Positions 1-10,257 of a stretch of DNA of 64,000 nt are shown one piece after another; positions within the stretch are counted from its first letter, which is position 1; every line of letters starts with the position of its first letter. The DNA is from an uncultured Thermoplasmatales archaeon (GTDB taxonomy: Archaea; Thermoplasmatota; SW-10-69-26). The position numbers and the translations under genes are program-made. Location of the stretch: positions 38,646-102,645 of the forward strand of contig CAZOQA010000001.1 in the NCBI GenBank assembly GCA_964581775.1, read 5' to 3'. A model generated the notes under the pieces. The model searched no databases. It had not been told where the DNA came from and was given only the letters and a program-made list of their open reading frames with translations.

Positions 1-147
1 CAAGACCAAGCCCTCAACCTCGACGACGTCGTCGACGAGGCCCAGCCCGGCCCCTGGACCCTCCACCTCGACGTGCCCCCCGAGGTCAGCTTCTTCCTCG
101 ACATCCAAGGCGTCTGGTCCGAGACGCGCCAGGTCGACTACCGATGA
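1..147 (+). CDS. 3' end of a gene truncated by the window edge; hypothetical protein
   Basis: Frame 1 is open from base 1 (QDQALNLDDVVDEAQPGPWTLHLDVP...VDYR) to TGA at 145-147, with GC3-rich codons typical of the window. Confidence 0.7.
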   Translation, partial: QDQALNLDDVVDEAQPGPWTLHLDVPPEVSFFLDIQGVWSETRQVDYR

Positions 148-247
148 CCCCCCTCGGGTGTGCGGTCCACGTCACCGTGTCGCGGGGGGCGGGGCCGAAA
201 ACCTGATGGGGGGCACCGGTTCTGGCCCCCGCTGAGGAGGAGATCGA

Positions 248-1444
248 CTGGCGGAACTTTCCCAAGCGTACGGCTCGACCGAAGCGATCAACAACTACCA
301 CACCGAGCAGATCGGACGGGTCGATGCCACCAAGGACCTGACCCCCAGCCAGCTCGAGGCCCTCCTCGCGGAGGTCGAACCCTACCTCGAGCACCAGACC
401 ACCAAACGCTGGGACGCGAACATCAACGGGATCCTCGTCCGCCTCGTCACCAACAGCGAGCACCAGATGGACTTCTGGACCGACAACTGGTGGCCCGGGC
501 CCAACGACCGATCCATCCTCCCACACGGGTTCATCTACAGCGTGCAAGGCGTCCCCAACCGGGACCCGCACGCCTACTACTGCCCCGAACGCCAAACCGC
601 CGTGTTCGTCAACACCGAGTACTACGGGCAATGCAAATCCTGGGCCCTCGGCCTGGCCGCGCAAGCCCTCGAGCGCGACTTCAATACGCACAGCATCCAC
701 GGAGCCTGCGCCGAGATCGACGGGAAAGGCATCGTGCTCGTAGCGCCCACAGGCACCGGGAAGACCACCCAGGTCAACAAGCTCTTCCAACACCCCGAGG
801 GGCGCATCATCGGGGACGACTGGATCTACATCCACCACCCCGGGGACAGCGAAAGCCAAGCCCCCCTCACCGTCACGCAACCCGAACGCAGCCTCTACGT
901 TCGCACCGAGAACGCTGAAGAAGAGGACTGGCTGCGCCCCATCTTCCGCGAGTGCAAGCTCGAGAACGTGCCCACCGACCCCAGCGAGTGCCACCACGAC
1001 GCGGACGAAGACTGCCAGATCAAAGACCACGGCGAGGACTACTGCCTGTGGGGCTTCGGGAACAGCCGCGCCATCATCCCCCGCGAAGCCATGCTCGGCC
1101 CGGATAAGGTCGCCGACCAAGCCCCCCTGAACCTCGTCGTGCTCCTGCGACGCGACGAAGGGAAACCCGCCGAGGTGTGGCTCGACGCAGACGAAGCCGT
1201 CGAGGTCCTCAAGGACGGACGCTACCAGATTCGACCCGGCGCCGGGCCCAAGGAAGCCTGGGGCACCTACGACAACGAACCCTGGTACAACCCCTACCTT
1301 CTCAAGCCCGACCACGACGCGCAAGCCGACTACTTCCGCGCCGAGGTCGAGAAAAGCGCCTGCGTGCTCCTCAACACGGCCCCCGAGGAAGAGACGATCC
1401 AGCGCACCTACAAGCGGATCCTCAACGCCGTCGAGAAAGCATAA
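248..1444 (+). CDS. PEP carboxykinase (ATP)/HPr-kinase-like P-loop protein; probable CTG start at 248 (first ATG at 467)
   Basis: Motifs YYGQCKS, IHGAC, APTGTGKTT, IIGDDW, LENV, NSRA. Frame is open and coding-like from 236; GAGGAGG lies at 234-240 upstream of CTG 248. Confidence 0.7.
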   Translation: MAELSQAYGSTEAINNYHTEQIGRVDATKDLTPSQLEALLAEVEPYLEHQTTKRWDANINGILVRLVTNSEHQMDFWTDNWWPGPNDRSILPHGFIYSVQGVPNRDPHAYYCPERQTAVFVNTEYYGQCKSWALGLAAQALERDFNTHSIHGACAEIDGKGIVLVAPTGTGKTTQVNKLFQHPEGRIIGDDWIYIHHPGDSESQAPLTVTQPERSLYVRTENAEEEDWLRPIFRECKLENVPTDPSECHHDADEDCQIKDHGEDYCLWGFGNSRAIIPREAMLGPDKVADQAPLNLVVLLRRDEGKPAEVWLDADEAVEVLKDGRYQIRPGAGPKEAWGTYDNEPWYNPYLLKPDHDAQADYFRAEVEKSACVLLNTAPEEETIQRTYKRILNAVEKA

Positions 1445-1462
1445 CGAGCCCGCAGGACCGGG

Positions 1463-2491
1463 TCAGGGAAGCAGCCCCGCGTCCGTGAGCTCCCACGTGA
1501 CCAGCTCCACCGGCACGCCCGCGCTGGCCGCGTACGAGAGCGCCGGTTGCACGAGCACCACGCCGTTCGCGCCGGCCTCCGGGGCGAACCGCACCGTGTT
1601 GAGCACGCCCAAGGCCTCCCCAGAGTTCAACAGCACGCCGCTTCCCGAATCCCCCGGCAAGCCAGGCGGTGCCCCGTACATGACGGCAGACCACGACCCG
1701 CTGCTCACGAGGTACCCCTCGTTGGCCTGAACTTCCTCGACACCGGGGCGCAGGCTGCTCGATCCGTACCAGAGGACCTTGTCCCCGACGCCCGCATCGC
1801 CAGGCCCAGCCAAGCCCGTGGGGCCTCCGAACCCGAGCACGGCGGGGCTGACGTTCTCGCGCTCCGCGTCGGGGATGAGCACGAGCGCGAAATCGTTGAA
1901 GCGGCAGGCATCCTCGTTGGTCTCCTCGCTTTGCTGCATCTCGTGCCAGGATGAGTACACGAGGACCCCCGGCTCCGAGGCCCCCTGGATGTTCACTTCG
2001 GCTCCGGGCTCAAGCGGGTCCACGTTCTCATCGCACCCGTTCGTGCTCGTGTCCTCGGCGTCCGCGAAGCAGTGGGCGGCCGTGCCCAGCATGAGGGACG
2101 CGTTGTCGTGGGTGCGGTAGAGGAAGTTGGAGGTGCACGATCCTCCTTGGCTGGAGATTTGAACGCCGGGTCGGATGCTGGCATCCTCGGGGGACGGCCA
2201 GGGGGGATGGTCGTCCTGGGGATCCGCGTCTTGGTCGTCGTCCTCTTCGGATCCTTCCTCGTCCTCGTCGCCGTTGTCCTCGTCTCCGGCGTCGTCCTCG
2301 TCGTCGCCCTGGTCGTCTCCGTCGTCCGAGCCGTCCTCGTCGCTCGAACCGTCCTCGTCCTCGTCCGGGGGCGTTGGGTCGCTTGTGGGTTCGGGGTCTT
2401 GCCCCGGCTGGGGGTCTTCCGTGAGGGAGATGCAGCCGGCCATCGCGAGGGCGAGGGCGAGCGCAAGGACCCATCCGGGGCGCGAGGTCAC
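1463..2491 (-). CDS. Lipoprotein S1 (trypsin/chymotrypsin-like) serine protease with acidic linker
   Basis: Lipobox LAMAGC; D/E-rich linker; CTSNF, TAAHC, NDFAL and GDSGS catalytic motifs; GTG start inferred. Confidence 0.85.
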   Translation of the reverse strand: MTSRPGWVLALALALAMAGCISLTEDPQPGQDPEPTSDPTPPDEDEDGSSDEDGSDDGDDQGDDEDDAGDEDNGDEDEEGSEEDDDQDADPQDDHPPWPSPEDASIRPGVQISSQGGSCTSNFLYRTHDNASLMLGTAAHCFADAEDTSTNGCDENVDPLEPGAEVNIQGASEPGVLVYSSWHEMQQSEETNEDACRFNDFALVLIPDAERENVSPAVLGFGGPTGLAGPGDAGVGDKVLWYGSSSLRPGVEEVQANEGYLVSSGSWSAVMYGAPPGLPGDSGSGVLLNSGEALGVLNTVRFAPEAGANGVVLVQPALSYAASAGVPVELVTWELTDAGLLP

Positions 2492-2604
2492 GCCCCCAAC
2501 GCGTCGTTTGGAGGCCTTGAACCCTTTGGTAGGATCCTTCATCTGTCCCAGCGCGGGGTTCAAGCGTCAAAACTTGCAAGAACTCCCCGGTGCGTGGAGC
2601 CTTG

Positions 2605-3222
2605 ATGGCGCCGCTGGCGGCCAGGACGGCTTCGCACGGGGACGTGGACGCGATCGTGGAGCTCAACGAGCGGGTCTTCCAGCGGGCCAAGATGACGGGG
2701 TGGGAACGCCACCACGTCGAGGCGCACCTGGACACCTTCCAGGAGGGCCAGCTCGTGGTGGAGATCGACGACGCCATCGTCGCCTCCTCGACGAGCCTCC
2801 TCGTGCCCAAAGGCACCCTCGAGGACCCCCACACGTGGATGAGCATCACGGGAGGCGCCGAGCTTCCCCACCACGCCCCCGACGGGGATGTCCTCTACGG
2901 GCTTGAGATCATGGTCCACCCGGACGCCCGGGGGTGGGGCCTTTCCCAGATGCTCTACCGGGCGCGCAAGGTCCTCGCCCGCAAGCGCGGCCTCTGGGGC
3001 GTCGCCATCGGGGGCCGCATGCCGGGATACGATCAAGCCACGCGCAAGCGGCCCCACCTGCCCCCCGAGCGCTACGTGGACCAGGTCCAGGCGGGCGACC
3101 GCACCGATCCCGTGCTCACCCCCCAGCTCTCCGCTGGCTTCACGCCAGAACGCGTGCTGGAGAACTACGTGATCGACCCTCCCAGCCAGCACCACGCCGC
3201 GCTGCTGGTCTGGGAAGCTTAA
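2605..3222 (+). CDS. GNAT family N-acetyltransferase (YkwB/YhcX N-terminal-like)
   Basis: EIMVHPDARGWGLS acetyl-CoA motif A; GGRMPGY and DPVLTPQL family motifs. Confidence 0.85.
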   Translation: MAPLAARTASHGDVDAIVELNERVFQRAKMTGWERHHVEAHLDTFQEGQLVVEIDDAIVASSTSLLVPKGTLEDPHTWMSITGGAELPHHAPDGDVLYGLEIMVHPDARGWGLSQMLYRARKVLARKRGLWGVAIGGRMPGYDQATRKRPHLPPERYVDQVQAGDRTDPVLTPQLSAGFTPERVLENYVIDPPSQHHAALLVWEA

Positions 3223-4601
3223 CCGTCCCCCTGATCCGTCTGGGAGGCATCCTCGTCCTCGGGTGGGGCCTGCTCGTCCTCCTCGGGGGGCTCCTCGTCC
3301 TCCATGGGTTCGGCCACGACCTCCCGGACGCGTCGGTCTGTGGCGCTCACAGCCGTCAACTCCCATTCCCCCACGCGCACGCGCTCGCCCGTCTCCGGGA
3401 CGCGCCCCAAGCGCTCCATCATGACGCCGGCCACGGTCGTCACGTCCGGGTCCGGGTGCGAAAGGCCCAGCACGTCGTCCACATCGTGCAAGGGAGCATC
3501 ACCCCGTACAAGGATGCGATCCCCGGGCAAGCGCACATGATCGCGCGTCTGCTCGTCGAACGCGTCCTCGATCTCGCCCACGAGCTCTTCGAGCAGATCC
3601 TCCGTCGTGACCAAACCCTCGGTGCCCCCGTGCTCGTCGGCGACGATCGCCATCTTGGCGTTCGCATCCAGCAAGGTCGCGACCGCCTGGTCGAGCGTGG
3701 CCGTCTCCGGGAGCACCACGGGCGGGTGCGCGAGGTCCAGCAGGACGCTTGCATCCTGCCCTGGCTCCAGGAACGCGATATCCTTGAGGTGCACGATGCC
3801 GGCCACGGAATCGATGTCCCCCCGGATCACGGGGAACCTGGCGAACCCCGACTCGCGCGCCCGCTCGATGTTCTCCTCAAGGGAATCCTCCAGGTTCAAC
3901 GCGACCATCTGCGTACGGTGCGTCATGATCTCACGCGTCGTCAAGCGTCGAAGCCAGAACACGTTCGAGAGCACGTCCCGAGCCAACGGCGAGGCCACCT
4001 GGGACTCCTCCATGCGGGAGACCAGTTGCTCGATCTCCTCGACCGTGTGCGCGGCCTCCGTGGCCCGATCCGTTCGGACACCGAGCAGGCGAAGGAACAG
4101 CAACGCGGACCCGTTGAAGAGCTTCATGAACGGCCAGGAGATGTAATAGAACGCGACCATCGGGCGCGCGATGCGCTTCGTGGTCCCCACCGGGTGGCGG
4201 ATGGACATGCTCTTGGGCATCAGTTCCCCGACGACGACGTGCGCGTACGTGATGATGCTGAACGCGACGATGAACGAGATCGACCGGACGACCGTCTCGC
4301 TCTCGATGCCGCCGGCCAACAAGACGGGCTCGATCAAGTGAGCCACGGCCGGCTCGCCCACCCACCCCAGGCCCAGGCTGGCCGCGGTGATGCCCAGTTG
4401 CGTGACGCCTAGGTACGCGTCCAGGTTCTCAAGGATCTTCTCGGCGACGACCCACGTCCGATCCCCCGCCTGCTTGAGGGCGTCCACCTGCGTGGAGCGG
4501 ATCTTCACGAGCGCGAACTCGGACGCGACGAAGAACCCGTTCAACAAGACCAACAGGACCGCTAGAAGCAGATAGACAAGGTCTAGGCCTAGCAGCGCCA
4601 C
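3219..4601 (-). CDS. Hemolysin/CNNM family protein (DUF21 + CBS pair + CorC/HlyC), Mg/Co transport-related
   Basis: NGFFVASEFALV, QLGIT, GELMPK, DEHGGTEGLVT.EDLLEELVGEIED. Confidence 0.92.
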   Translation of the reverse strand: MALLGLDLVYLLLAVLLVLLNGFFVASEFALVKIRSTQVDALKQAGDRTWVVAEKILENLDAYLGVTQLGITAASLGLGWVGEPAVAHLIEPVLLAGGIESETVVRSISFIVAFSIITYAHVVVGELMPKSMSIRHPVGTTKRIARPMVAFYYISWPFMKLFNGSALLFLRLLGVRTDRATEAAHTVEEIEQLVSRMEESQVASPLARDVLSNVFWLRRLTTREIMTHRTQMVALNLEDSLEENIERARESGFARFPVIRGDIDSVAGIVHLKDIAFLEPGQDASVLLDLAHPPVVLPETATLDQAVATLLDANAKMAIVADEHGGTEGLVTTEDLLEELVGEIEDAFDEQTRDHVRLPGDRILVRGDAPLHDVDDVLGLSHPDPDVTTVAGVMMERLGRVPETGERVRVGEWELTAVSATDRRVREVVAEPMEDEEPPEEDEQAPPEDEDASQTDQGDG

Positions 4602-4666
4602 GCGCCTGGCATGCGGCGCTCACCATCAAAGGGGTTTCCCTTCCACGCGGACCGACGGCTGCCAAC

Positions 4667-5029
4667 CTACTCGCCGGCGTTCCCCTCTTCCAAGCGCCCG
4701 ATCACGTCCCCCGCCACCTCGAACGCCTCCGAGGCCCGAGCCAGCGCCCGCGAGGCCTGCCCCAGCGCCTCGACCGCGTCCACCCCGTCCCCGGTCAACG
4801 CCATGTCCAAACTCATGTCCGCGTTCTTGGCCTCCTCCGCTGCCTGTTGAGCCTCCTGCGCCAACCGAGCCAGCTCCTCATCCTCGGACCCGTAAGCGCG
4901 CCCCGCCAACCCCCCAACCAGCGAGAACGCGATGCGAGCCGTCAACCCCGCCTGCACGACCGCGTCCAGGATCACGCGCGCCTGCTGAGCATCCTCGATC
5001 GACGAGGACGGAACCTCCGGCGAAGACAT
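4667..5029 (-). CDS. Hypothetical helical protein
   Basis: Acidic Ala-rich ORF filling the gap between two genes; ATG at 5029 preceded by GGGGCGAG. Confidence 0.6.
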   Translation of the reverse strand: MSSPEVPSSSIEDAQQARVILDAVVQAGLTARIAFSLVGGLAGRAYGSEDEELARLAQEAQQAAEEAKNADMSLDMALTGDGVDAVEALGQASRALARASEAFEVAGDVIGRLEEGNAGE

Positions 5030-5126
5030 CTCGCCCCCCACGCGCATGCCCCCGTTAAGCCTTGAGGGTCCCCCCTGCACCATGAAGGGGAAACCGCTTT
5101 ACCCAGCACGCCGCGTCCCCGCGCTG

Positions 5127-5813
5127 ATGGACACCGCCAACGACCCACGCCTGGCGGTCGCCGAGCGCGCGCTCGAGGACCTCAAGGACAGCCTCCAGCA
5201 CGGCCACATCAAAGCCCAGATCCCGCAAGGGGAAGCCATGGAGAACCTCGAGAAGGCCCTTGGCTCGCTCAAAGCGGTCAAGTACTCGTACGCCGAGCCC
5301 AAGAATCTCATCCAGATGCAACCCTTCCAAGAGCTTGTGGACGCGGCTGACCACGTCGAAGAGCTGCTCGGGGGGGACGCGTTCCACGAGGAGATCGACG
5401 AGAAGCCACTGGCCGTGGCGCAGGCCCGATGGGCGATCGACACGGTCGCCTCGCTTGAGGATCGCCTGCTTTTGCCCGGGGACGAACTCGAGCTGGCCGT
5501 GGACGCGCGAAAGGGCCGCGTGGTGACCGTGTCCGAGCATCCTGAAGCGGACGATCTCGTGGTCACGCGCGTGGCGGCTGGGCGGGGTCTGACGGTCGTG
5601 ACGAACGATGCGAGCGTGAGTCAGGACGACGAGGTGGGCGTGGCGTTCTTGGCCCCCACGGATTTGCGAGGCGTGATCAGCGAGGGCATGTTCCTCGGGG
5701 CTGACGAGGGCGTGCTCACCAGCGTGGAGGAGGGCCCGCATGGGCGCCCGGACGTGCCCGAGGAGGCCTACCACGAGACGCGCAACATGCTCGCCGCGTA
5801 CCTGGAGGCGTAA
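5127..5813 (+). CDS. Archaeal tRNA-binding protein (helical N-domain + C-terminal EMAP/TRBD OB fold)
   Basis: HPEADDL, VVTN and LRGVISEGMFLG TRBD motifs; N-terminus MDTANDPRLAVAE. Confidence 0.85.
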   Translation: MDTANDPRLAVAERALEDLKDSLQHGHIKAQIPQGEAMENLEKALGSLKAVKYSYAEPKNLIQMQPFQELVDAADHVEELLGGDAFHEEIDEKPLAVAQARWAIDTVASLEDRLLLPGDELELAVDARKGRVVTVSEHPEADDLVVTRVAAGRGLTVVTNDASVSQDDEVGVAFLAPTDLRGVISEGMFLGADEGVLTSVEEGPHGRPDVPEEAYHETRNMLAAYLEA

Positions 5814-5825
5814 GACCCGCGCGCG

Positions 5826-8621
5826 TCAGAGGCCCTTGGCTTCGCGAAGCGTGTCCCGCAGGGCCTTGTGCAGCACGCCGCCGTTCTTGACGTACTTCAC
5901 GTGCGCGGGCGTTTGCAACCTGGCTTGGGCCGTGAACTCGGTGACCTCGCCCGTATCGGAATCCTCCGCGGTGACGCGGTGCTGGCTGTTCACACCCAGC
6001 TCGTCCAACCCGTGGAGGGTGTAGGCTTCGGTCCCGTCCAATCCTAGGCTCTGGTACGTGTCGCCGTTGGTGAATTGGAGGGGGATCACGCCCATCCCGA
6101 TGCAGTTGTCGCGGTAGATGCGCTCGTAACTGGCGGCGAGCGTGGCCTTGATGCCTAGAAGGTCGGTGCCTTTGGCGGCCCAGTCGCGGCTGGAGCCCGT
6201 GCCGAGCTCTTCGCCGGCCAGGATGACCAGAGGCGTGCCATCCTCCTGGTAGCGTTGGCTGGCTTCGAACATGGTCATGGTCTGCTCGGTGGGATGGTGG
6301 ACGGTGAATCCGCCCTCGATGTCCTCGTCGAGCAACCGGTTTTTGATGCGCACGTTCGCGAACGTGCCGCGCATCATGACCTCGTGGTTCCCGCGGCGGG
6401 CTCCGTACGTGTTGAACGCGTCCGGGTCGACGCCGTGGTCCATCAGCCACTGCCCGGCGGGCACGTCCTCGCCGAAGGGGCCGGCGGGGCTGATGTGGTC
6501 CGTGGTGAGCGTGTCGCCGAAGACGCCCAACACGCGCGCGTCCTGGATGTTGCTGACGCCGGGCTCTTCGAGGGGCATGTCCTTGAAGAACGGGGGCTCG
6601 CGGATGTACGTGGACTCGGGGTCCCAATCGTACGTGTCCCCGGTGGGGGCCTCGAGCGCATCCCAGCGCTTGTCGCCCTCGAACACGTCCCCGTACTTGT
6701 CCTCGAACATGGACGCGTCGACCGCGGTCTTCATGACCTCGCGGATCTCCTCGTGGCTGGGCCAGATGTCCTCCAGGAACACGGGCTCCCCGTCGGGGTC
6801 GTGCCCGAGGGGTTCCTCGGTGAGGTCGATGTCCATGCGGCCGGCGATGCCGAACGCGACGACCAGCGGCGGCGAGGCGAGGTAGTTCGCCTTGATCTTC
6901 GGGTGGATGCGGGCTTCGAAGTTCCGGTTCCCGCTGAGCACGCTGGCAGCCCACAAATCGCCTTCCTCGATCGCGTCCTGGACCTCCTTGGGCAGAGGCC
7001 CGCTGTTCCCGATGCAGGTCGTGCACCCGTACCCGACCGTGTAGTAGCCTAGCTTTTCCAGGTACGTGAGCAGGCCGGATTCCTCGAGGTACTCGGTGAC
7101 GACCTTGCTGCCGGGTGCCAGGCTCGTTTTCACGTACGGGGGCACTTGAAGCCCCTTCTCGACCGCGTTCTTGGCCAACAGGCCGGCGCCGAGCATGACG
7201 GTGGGGTTGCTCGTGTTCGTGCAGCTGGTGATGGCGCTGACGACGACGCTCCCGTGCGTGAGCTCGTACTCTTCAGGACCGTCCGTGACCGGGACGCGCC
7301 GCGTGAGTTGGCCCAGCTTGGGGGGCTCGTCGAGGTCCTCGCTGGGCATGCTTTGAGCGGGGTGCCCGCCGTCCTCGCGCCACCGGTCGATGGCTTCCTC
7401 TTCCACGTCGACCTGGTCGGCGAACTGGTCGTGGATCAGCCCGCGGAAGTGCGTGTCCATGGCGTGCATCTCGATGCGCTGGTCGGGCTCCTTGGGCCCG
7501 GCCAGGCTGGGCGTGACGCTGGACAGGTCCATCTCGACGGTCTCGGTGTACTCGGGTTCTTGCTCGCCGAAGAGGCCCTGGTGTTCGAGGTACTCGCGCA
7601 CGAGCTGGATGTGCTCGGCGTCGCGACCGGTGCGTTCGAGGTAGTCCAGCGTGGCTTCGTCCGGGGGGAACACGCTGATGGTGGACCCTTGCTCGGGTGC
7701 CATGTTCGCGATGGTGGCGCGATCCTCGACCGTGAGCGTGGACAACCCGGGTCCGAAGAACTCGACGAAGCGGTCCACGACGCCGACGTCACGGAGCTTC
7801 TCGGTCACGTGCAGGACGAGGTCCGTGGCGGTGGCGCCTTCGGGGAGTTGGCCGGTCAGGCGTACGCCGACGACCTCGGGCAGCGCCATCGAGATGGGTT
7901 GGCCCAGGATGCCGCTTTCGGCATCGATGCCGCCCACGCCCCACCCTACGACGCCGATGCCGCCGATCATGGGCGTGTGGCTGTCGGTGCCCACGAGCGT
8001 GTCCGGGTACGCCCAGGCGTCCCCGTCGACCGTGTCCTCGTGCACGACGCGTCCTAGGTACTCGAGGTTGACTTGGTGCACGATGCCGGTGCCGGGGGGG
8101 ACCACGTCGAACTTGTCGAAGGCTTGCTGGGCCCACTTGAGGGCCTTGTAGCGTTCCGCGTTGCGCTCGTACTCCTTCTCTACGTTGAGATCGAAGGCTT
8201 CCTCGGTGCCGAAGTAGTCGACTTGCACGCTGTGGTCGATGACCAGGTCGATGGGGACCTTGGGCTCCACGATGGTGGGGTCCTCGCCTTTGCGTTCGAC
8301 CTCGCTTCTGAGCGCTGCGAGGTCCACGACGGCGGGGACGCCGGTGAGGTCCTGGAGCACGACGCGGGAGGGTTGGAAGGGCACGGCCACATCCGGCACG
8401 TCCGGCTGCCAGGAGGCCACGTTCTCGACGTGCTCCCAGGTGACGTCGTCGCCGTCCACGTTCCGGGCGACGGCTTCCAAGAGGATGCGGATGCTGTACG
8501 GGAGCTTGTCGAGCTGGCACAGCCCCGCGTCTTCGAGCGCGTTCAGATCTACGATGTTGTACGCTTGGTCTCCCACGCTAAGCGTGGAGAGGGCACCGTA
8601 GGGATCCTCTGAGGGCGGCAT
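5826..8621 (-). CDS. acnA: Aconitate hydratase A
   Basis: LQDLTG, DHS, GTDSHT, SCTNTSN, GCTTCIGNSG, TTDHISPAG, GSSRDWAAKG. Confidence 0.97.
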   Translation of the reverse strand: MPPSEDPYGALSTLSVGDQAYNIVDLNALEDAGLCQLDKLPYSIRILLEAVARNVDGDDVTWEHVENVASWQPDVPDVAVPFQPSRVVLQDLTGVPAVVDLAALRSEVERKGEDPTIVEPKVPIDLVIDHSVQVDYFGTEEAFDLNVEKEYERNAERYKALKWAQQAFDKFDVVPPGTGIVHQVNLEYLGRVVHEDTVDGDAWAYPDTLVGTDSHTPMIGGIGVVGWGVGGIDAESGILGQPISMALPEVVGVRLTGQLPEGATATDLVLHVTEKLRDVGVVDRFVEFFGPGLSTLTVEDRATIANMAPEQGSTISVFPPDEATLDYLERTGRDAEHIQLVREYLEHQGLFGEQEPEYTETVEMDLSSVTPSLAGPKEPDQRIEMHAMDTHFRGLIHDQFADQVDVEEEAIDRWREDGGHPAQSMPSEDLDEPPKLGQLTRRVPVTDGPEEYELTHGSVVVSAITSCTNTSNPTVMLGAGLLAKNAVEKGLQVPPYVKTSLAPGSKVVTEYLEESGLLTYLEKLGYYTVGYGCTTCIGNSGPLPKEVQDAIEEGDLWAASVLSGNRNFEARIHPKIKANYLASPPLVVAFGIAGRMDIDLTEEPLGHDPDGEPVFLEDIWPSHEEIREVMKTAVDASMFEDKYGDVFEGDKRWDALEAPTGDTYDWDPESTYIREPPFFKDMPLEEPGVSNIQDARVLGVFGDTLTTDHISPAGPFGEDVPAGQWLMDHGVDPDAFNTYGARRGNHEVMMRGTFANVRIKNRLLDEDIEGGFTVHHPTEQTMTMFEASQRYQEDGTPLVILAGEELGTGSSRDWAAKGTDLLGIKATLAASYERIYRDNCIGMGVIPLQFTNGDTYQSLGLDGTEAYTLHGLDELGVNSQHRVTAEDSDTGEVTEFTAQARLQTPAHVKYVKNGGVLHKALRDTLREAKGL

Positions 8622-8768
8622 CGTCGGCGTTGAAGGGTCCCGTCTAAAAGAAGCTTCGCCGATGGGCCCATGCTGGCCCGGGGCCAGTCGCGCCCGCGGA
8701 TCTTGTCCAAGCTCACGTTCCTCCCTTGAAGGACCCTCGCGTGGAAGCCTTCTACCAGGAGCACGGCC

Positions 8769-10139
8769 TCATCTAAGGTCTCGGGCACGAGCGACCCACG
8801 CGGCCGCGAGGACCGAGAAGAAGGCCAAGCCCGCCCCCCAGGGAGCCTCCTGGGCAGACAGGGGATCGAGCGCGTCCCCTCCGGGCTCGAGCGGTCCCGT
8901 GGCCACGGCGTCCGTGATGGCGCGCGAGCTGTCCGGGTGCAACAAGGCGCCCGCGTGCCCGTGCAGCGCGTGCCCGGTCTCGTGGACGAGCCCTTGGCCG
9001 GTGTCCACGCCGGGGTTCATCCCGTGCCCGCGGAACGTTTCGCGAACGCTCGTGTCGTTGTGGAAGCGGTACGCTGGAGCGAAGGGCGCGCTCGTGTCCC
9101 CTTCCGTGTACATGCGATCAGGATGCGTTCGAGCCAGTTCAGCGCTGGCGTCGCTGGCGCTGGCGAACCAGGCCGCATGCTCGCTGACGTGCTCAAGCGT
9201 GGCGCGCATCACGACGGTGTGGACGTGGATGCGGCGCTCGGTGTCATGGAAGGGGTTCGGGTGCATGTCCACGCGCGTTTCGACGAGGATGCTGGCCGCG
9301 TTGTGCAACCCGTAGTGGTTGCGGGCGATGCCAGGGTCGGGGCCGCCAGCGATCTCGTCGACGGGTTCGCCGTGCGCAGTGACCTCCCCGTACTCGTTCG
9401 CGGTGTAGCCTTCTTCCTCGGCCGCGGGCCAGAGGGCCTCGTACATCAGATCCTGCGCCGCGTCCAGGGCGGGTTGGGGCACGTTCCCGTGACGGGGGTA
9501 AAGCGTGGTCAGATCGTAGTCGTACACGCGCACGGGCACGGGGTTGCCAAGCCCGGTGCCGCCGTACTCGTGGTGGTCGAGCGCGACGTCCACGTCCCAT
9601 CGGTTGAACACCTCGTGCATGGCGCGGGCCTCGCTGGTGCCCAGGGCGACGTGGTCGCGGTTGGTGTCCACGCCGTCCGTGTTGCCGCGCGTGAACGCTT
9701 CGCTCCCGTCGGGGTTGGCCATGGGCAAGACCAAGAGCACTTGGTCGTCCAGGGTGTCCTGGATGGGTGCGTCTTGGGTGATGTTCTCCAAGAGGCGAAG
9801 CGCAGCGGGTGTGCCGGCGGGCTCGTTGCCGTGCTGCTGGGTCAAAAACAGTGTGACGGGACGATCCTCCACCGGGGTGGTTCCGTCGGGGTTCGTGACG
9901 TGGGCCACGCGGATCTCGCGGTCTTCTTCGGAGGCTCCGACCGTCTCAACGGTCACCCAGTCGTGCTGGGCGGCCTCGTCGAGAGCGGTTTGCACGTCCT
10001 CGTACGTGGGCCAGGTGTCCTCGTGCTCGCTGGCAAGCTGGTCCGCCAGGGAGCCGCCGGCGAGCACGACCAGCGTCAACGAGGCGGCCACGATGAGGGC
10101 TCGCGTGGTGATCAACAGGAAGCCTCCAGGCCTCACCAC
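8769..10139 (-). CDS. Secreted M14 zinc carboxypeptidase with C-terminal membrane anchor
   Basis: HGNE, NPDG, DTNRDH, DHHE motifs; signal peptide; hydrophobic + basic tail. Confidence 0.88.
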   Translation of the reverse strand: MVRPGGFLLITTRALIVAASLTLVVLAGGSLADQLASEHEDTWPTYEDVQTALDEAAQHDWVTVETVGASEEDREIRVAHVTNPDGTTPVEDRPVTLFLTQQHGNEPAGTPAALRLLENITQDAPIQDTLDDQVLLVLPMANPDGSEAFTRGNTDGVDTNRDHVALGTSEARAMHEVFNRWDVDVALDHHEYGGTGLGNPVPVRVYDYDLTTLYPRHGNVPQPALDAAQDLMYEALWPAAEEEGYTANEYGEVTAHGEPVDEIAGGPDPGIARNHYGLHNAASILVETRVDMHPNPFHDTERRIHVHTVVMRATLEHVSEHAAWFASASDASAELARTHPDRMYTEGDTSAPFAPAYRFHNDTSVRETFRGHGMNPGVDTGQGLVHETGHALHGHAGALLHPDSSRAITDAVATGPLEPGGDALDPLSAQEAPWGAGLAFFSVLAAAWVARARDLR

Positions 10140-10257
10140 GGACCTGAGGGGTTAAAAGCTCACGCCTGCAACGCCCGCAACGCACCCCCGCGCGGGGAAG
10201 GGGCTGGAGAACCGGGCAACAACAAGATTCTTAGGAGGCTATCGCGCATCCGCGCCC

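Noticed and set aside
2210..2420. GTC/CTC-rich repeat region
   Set aside because: It simply encodes the Asp/Glu linker of the S1 protease
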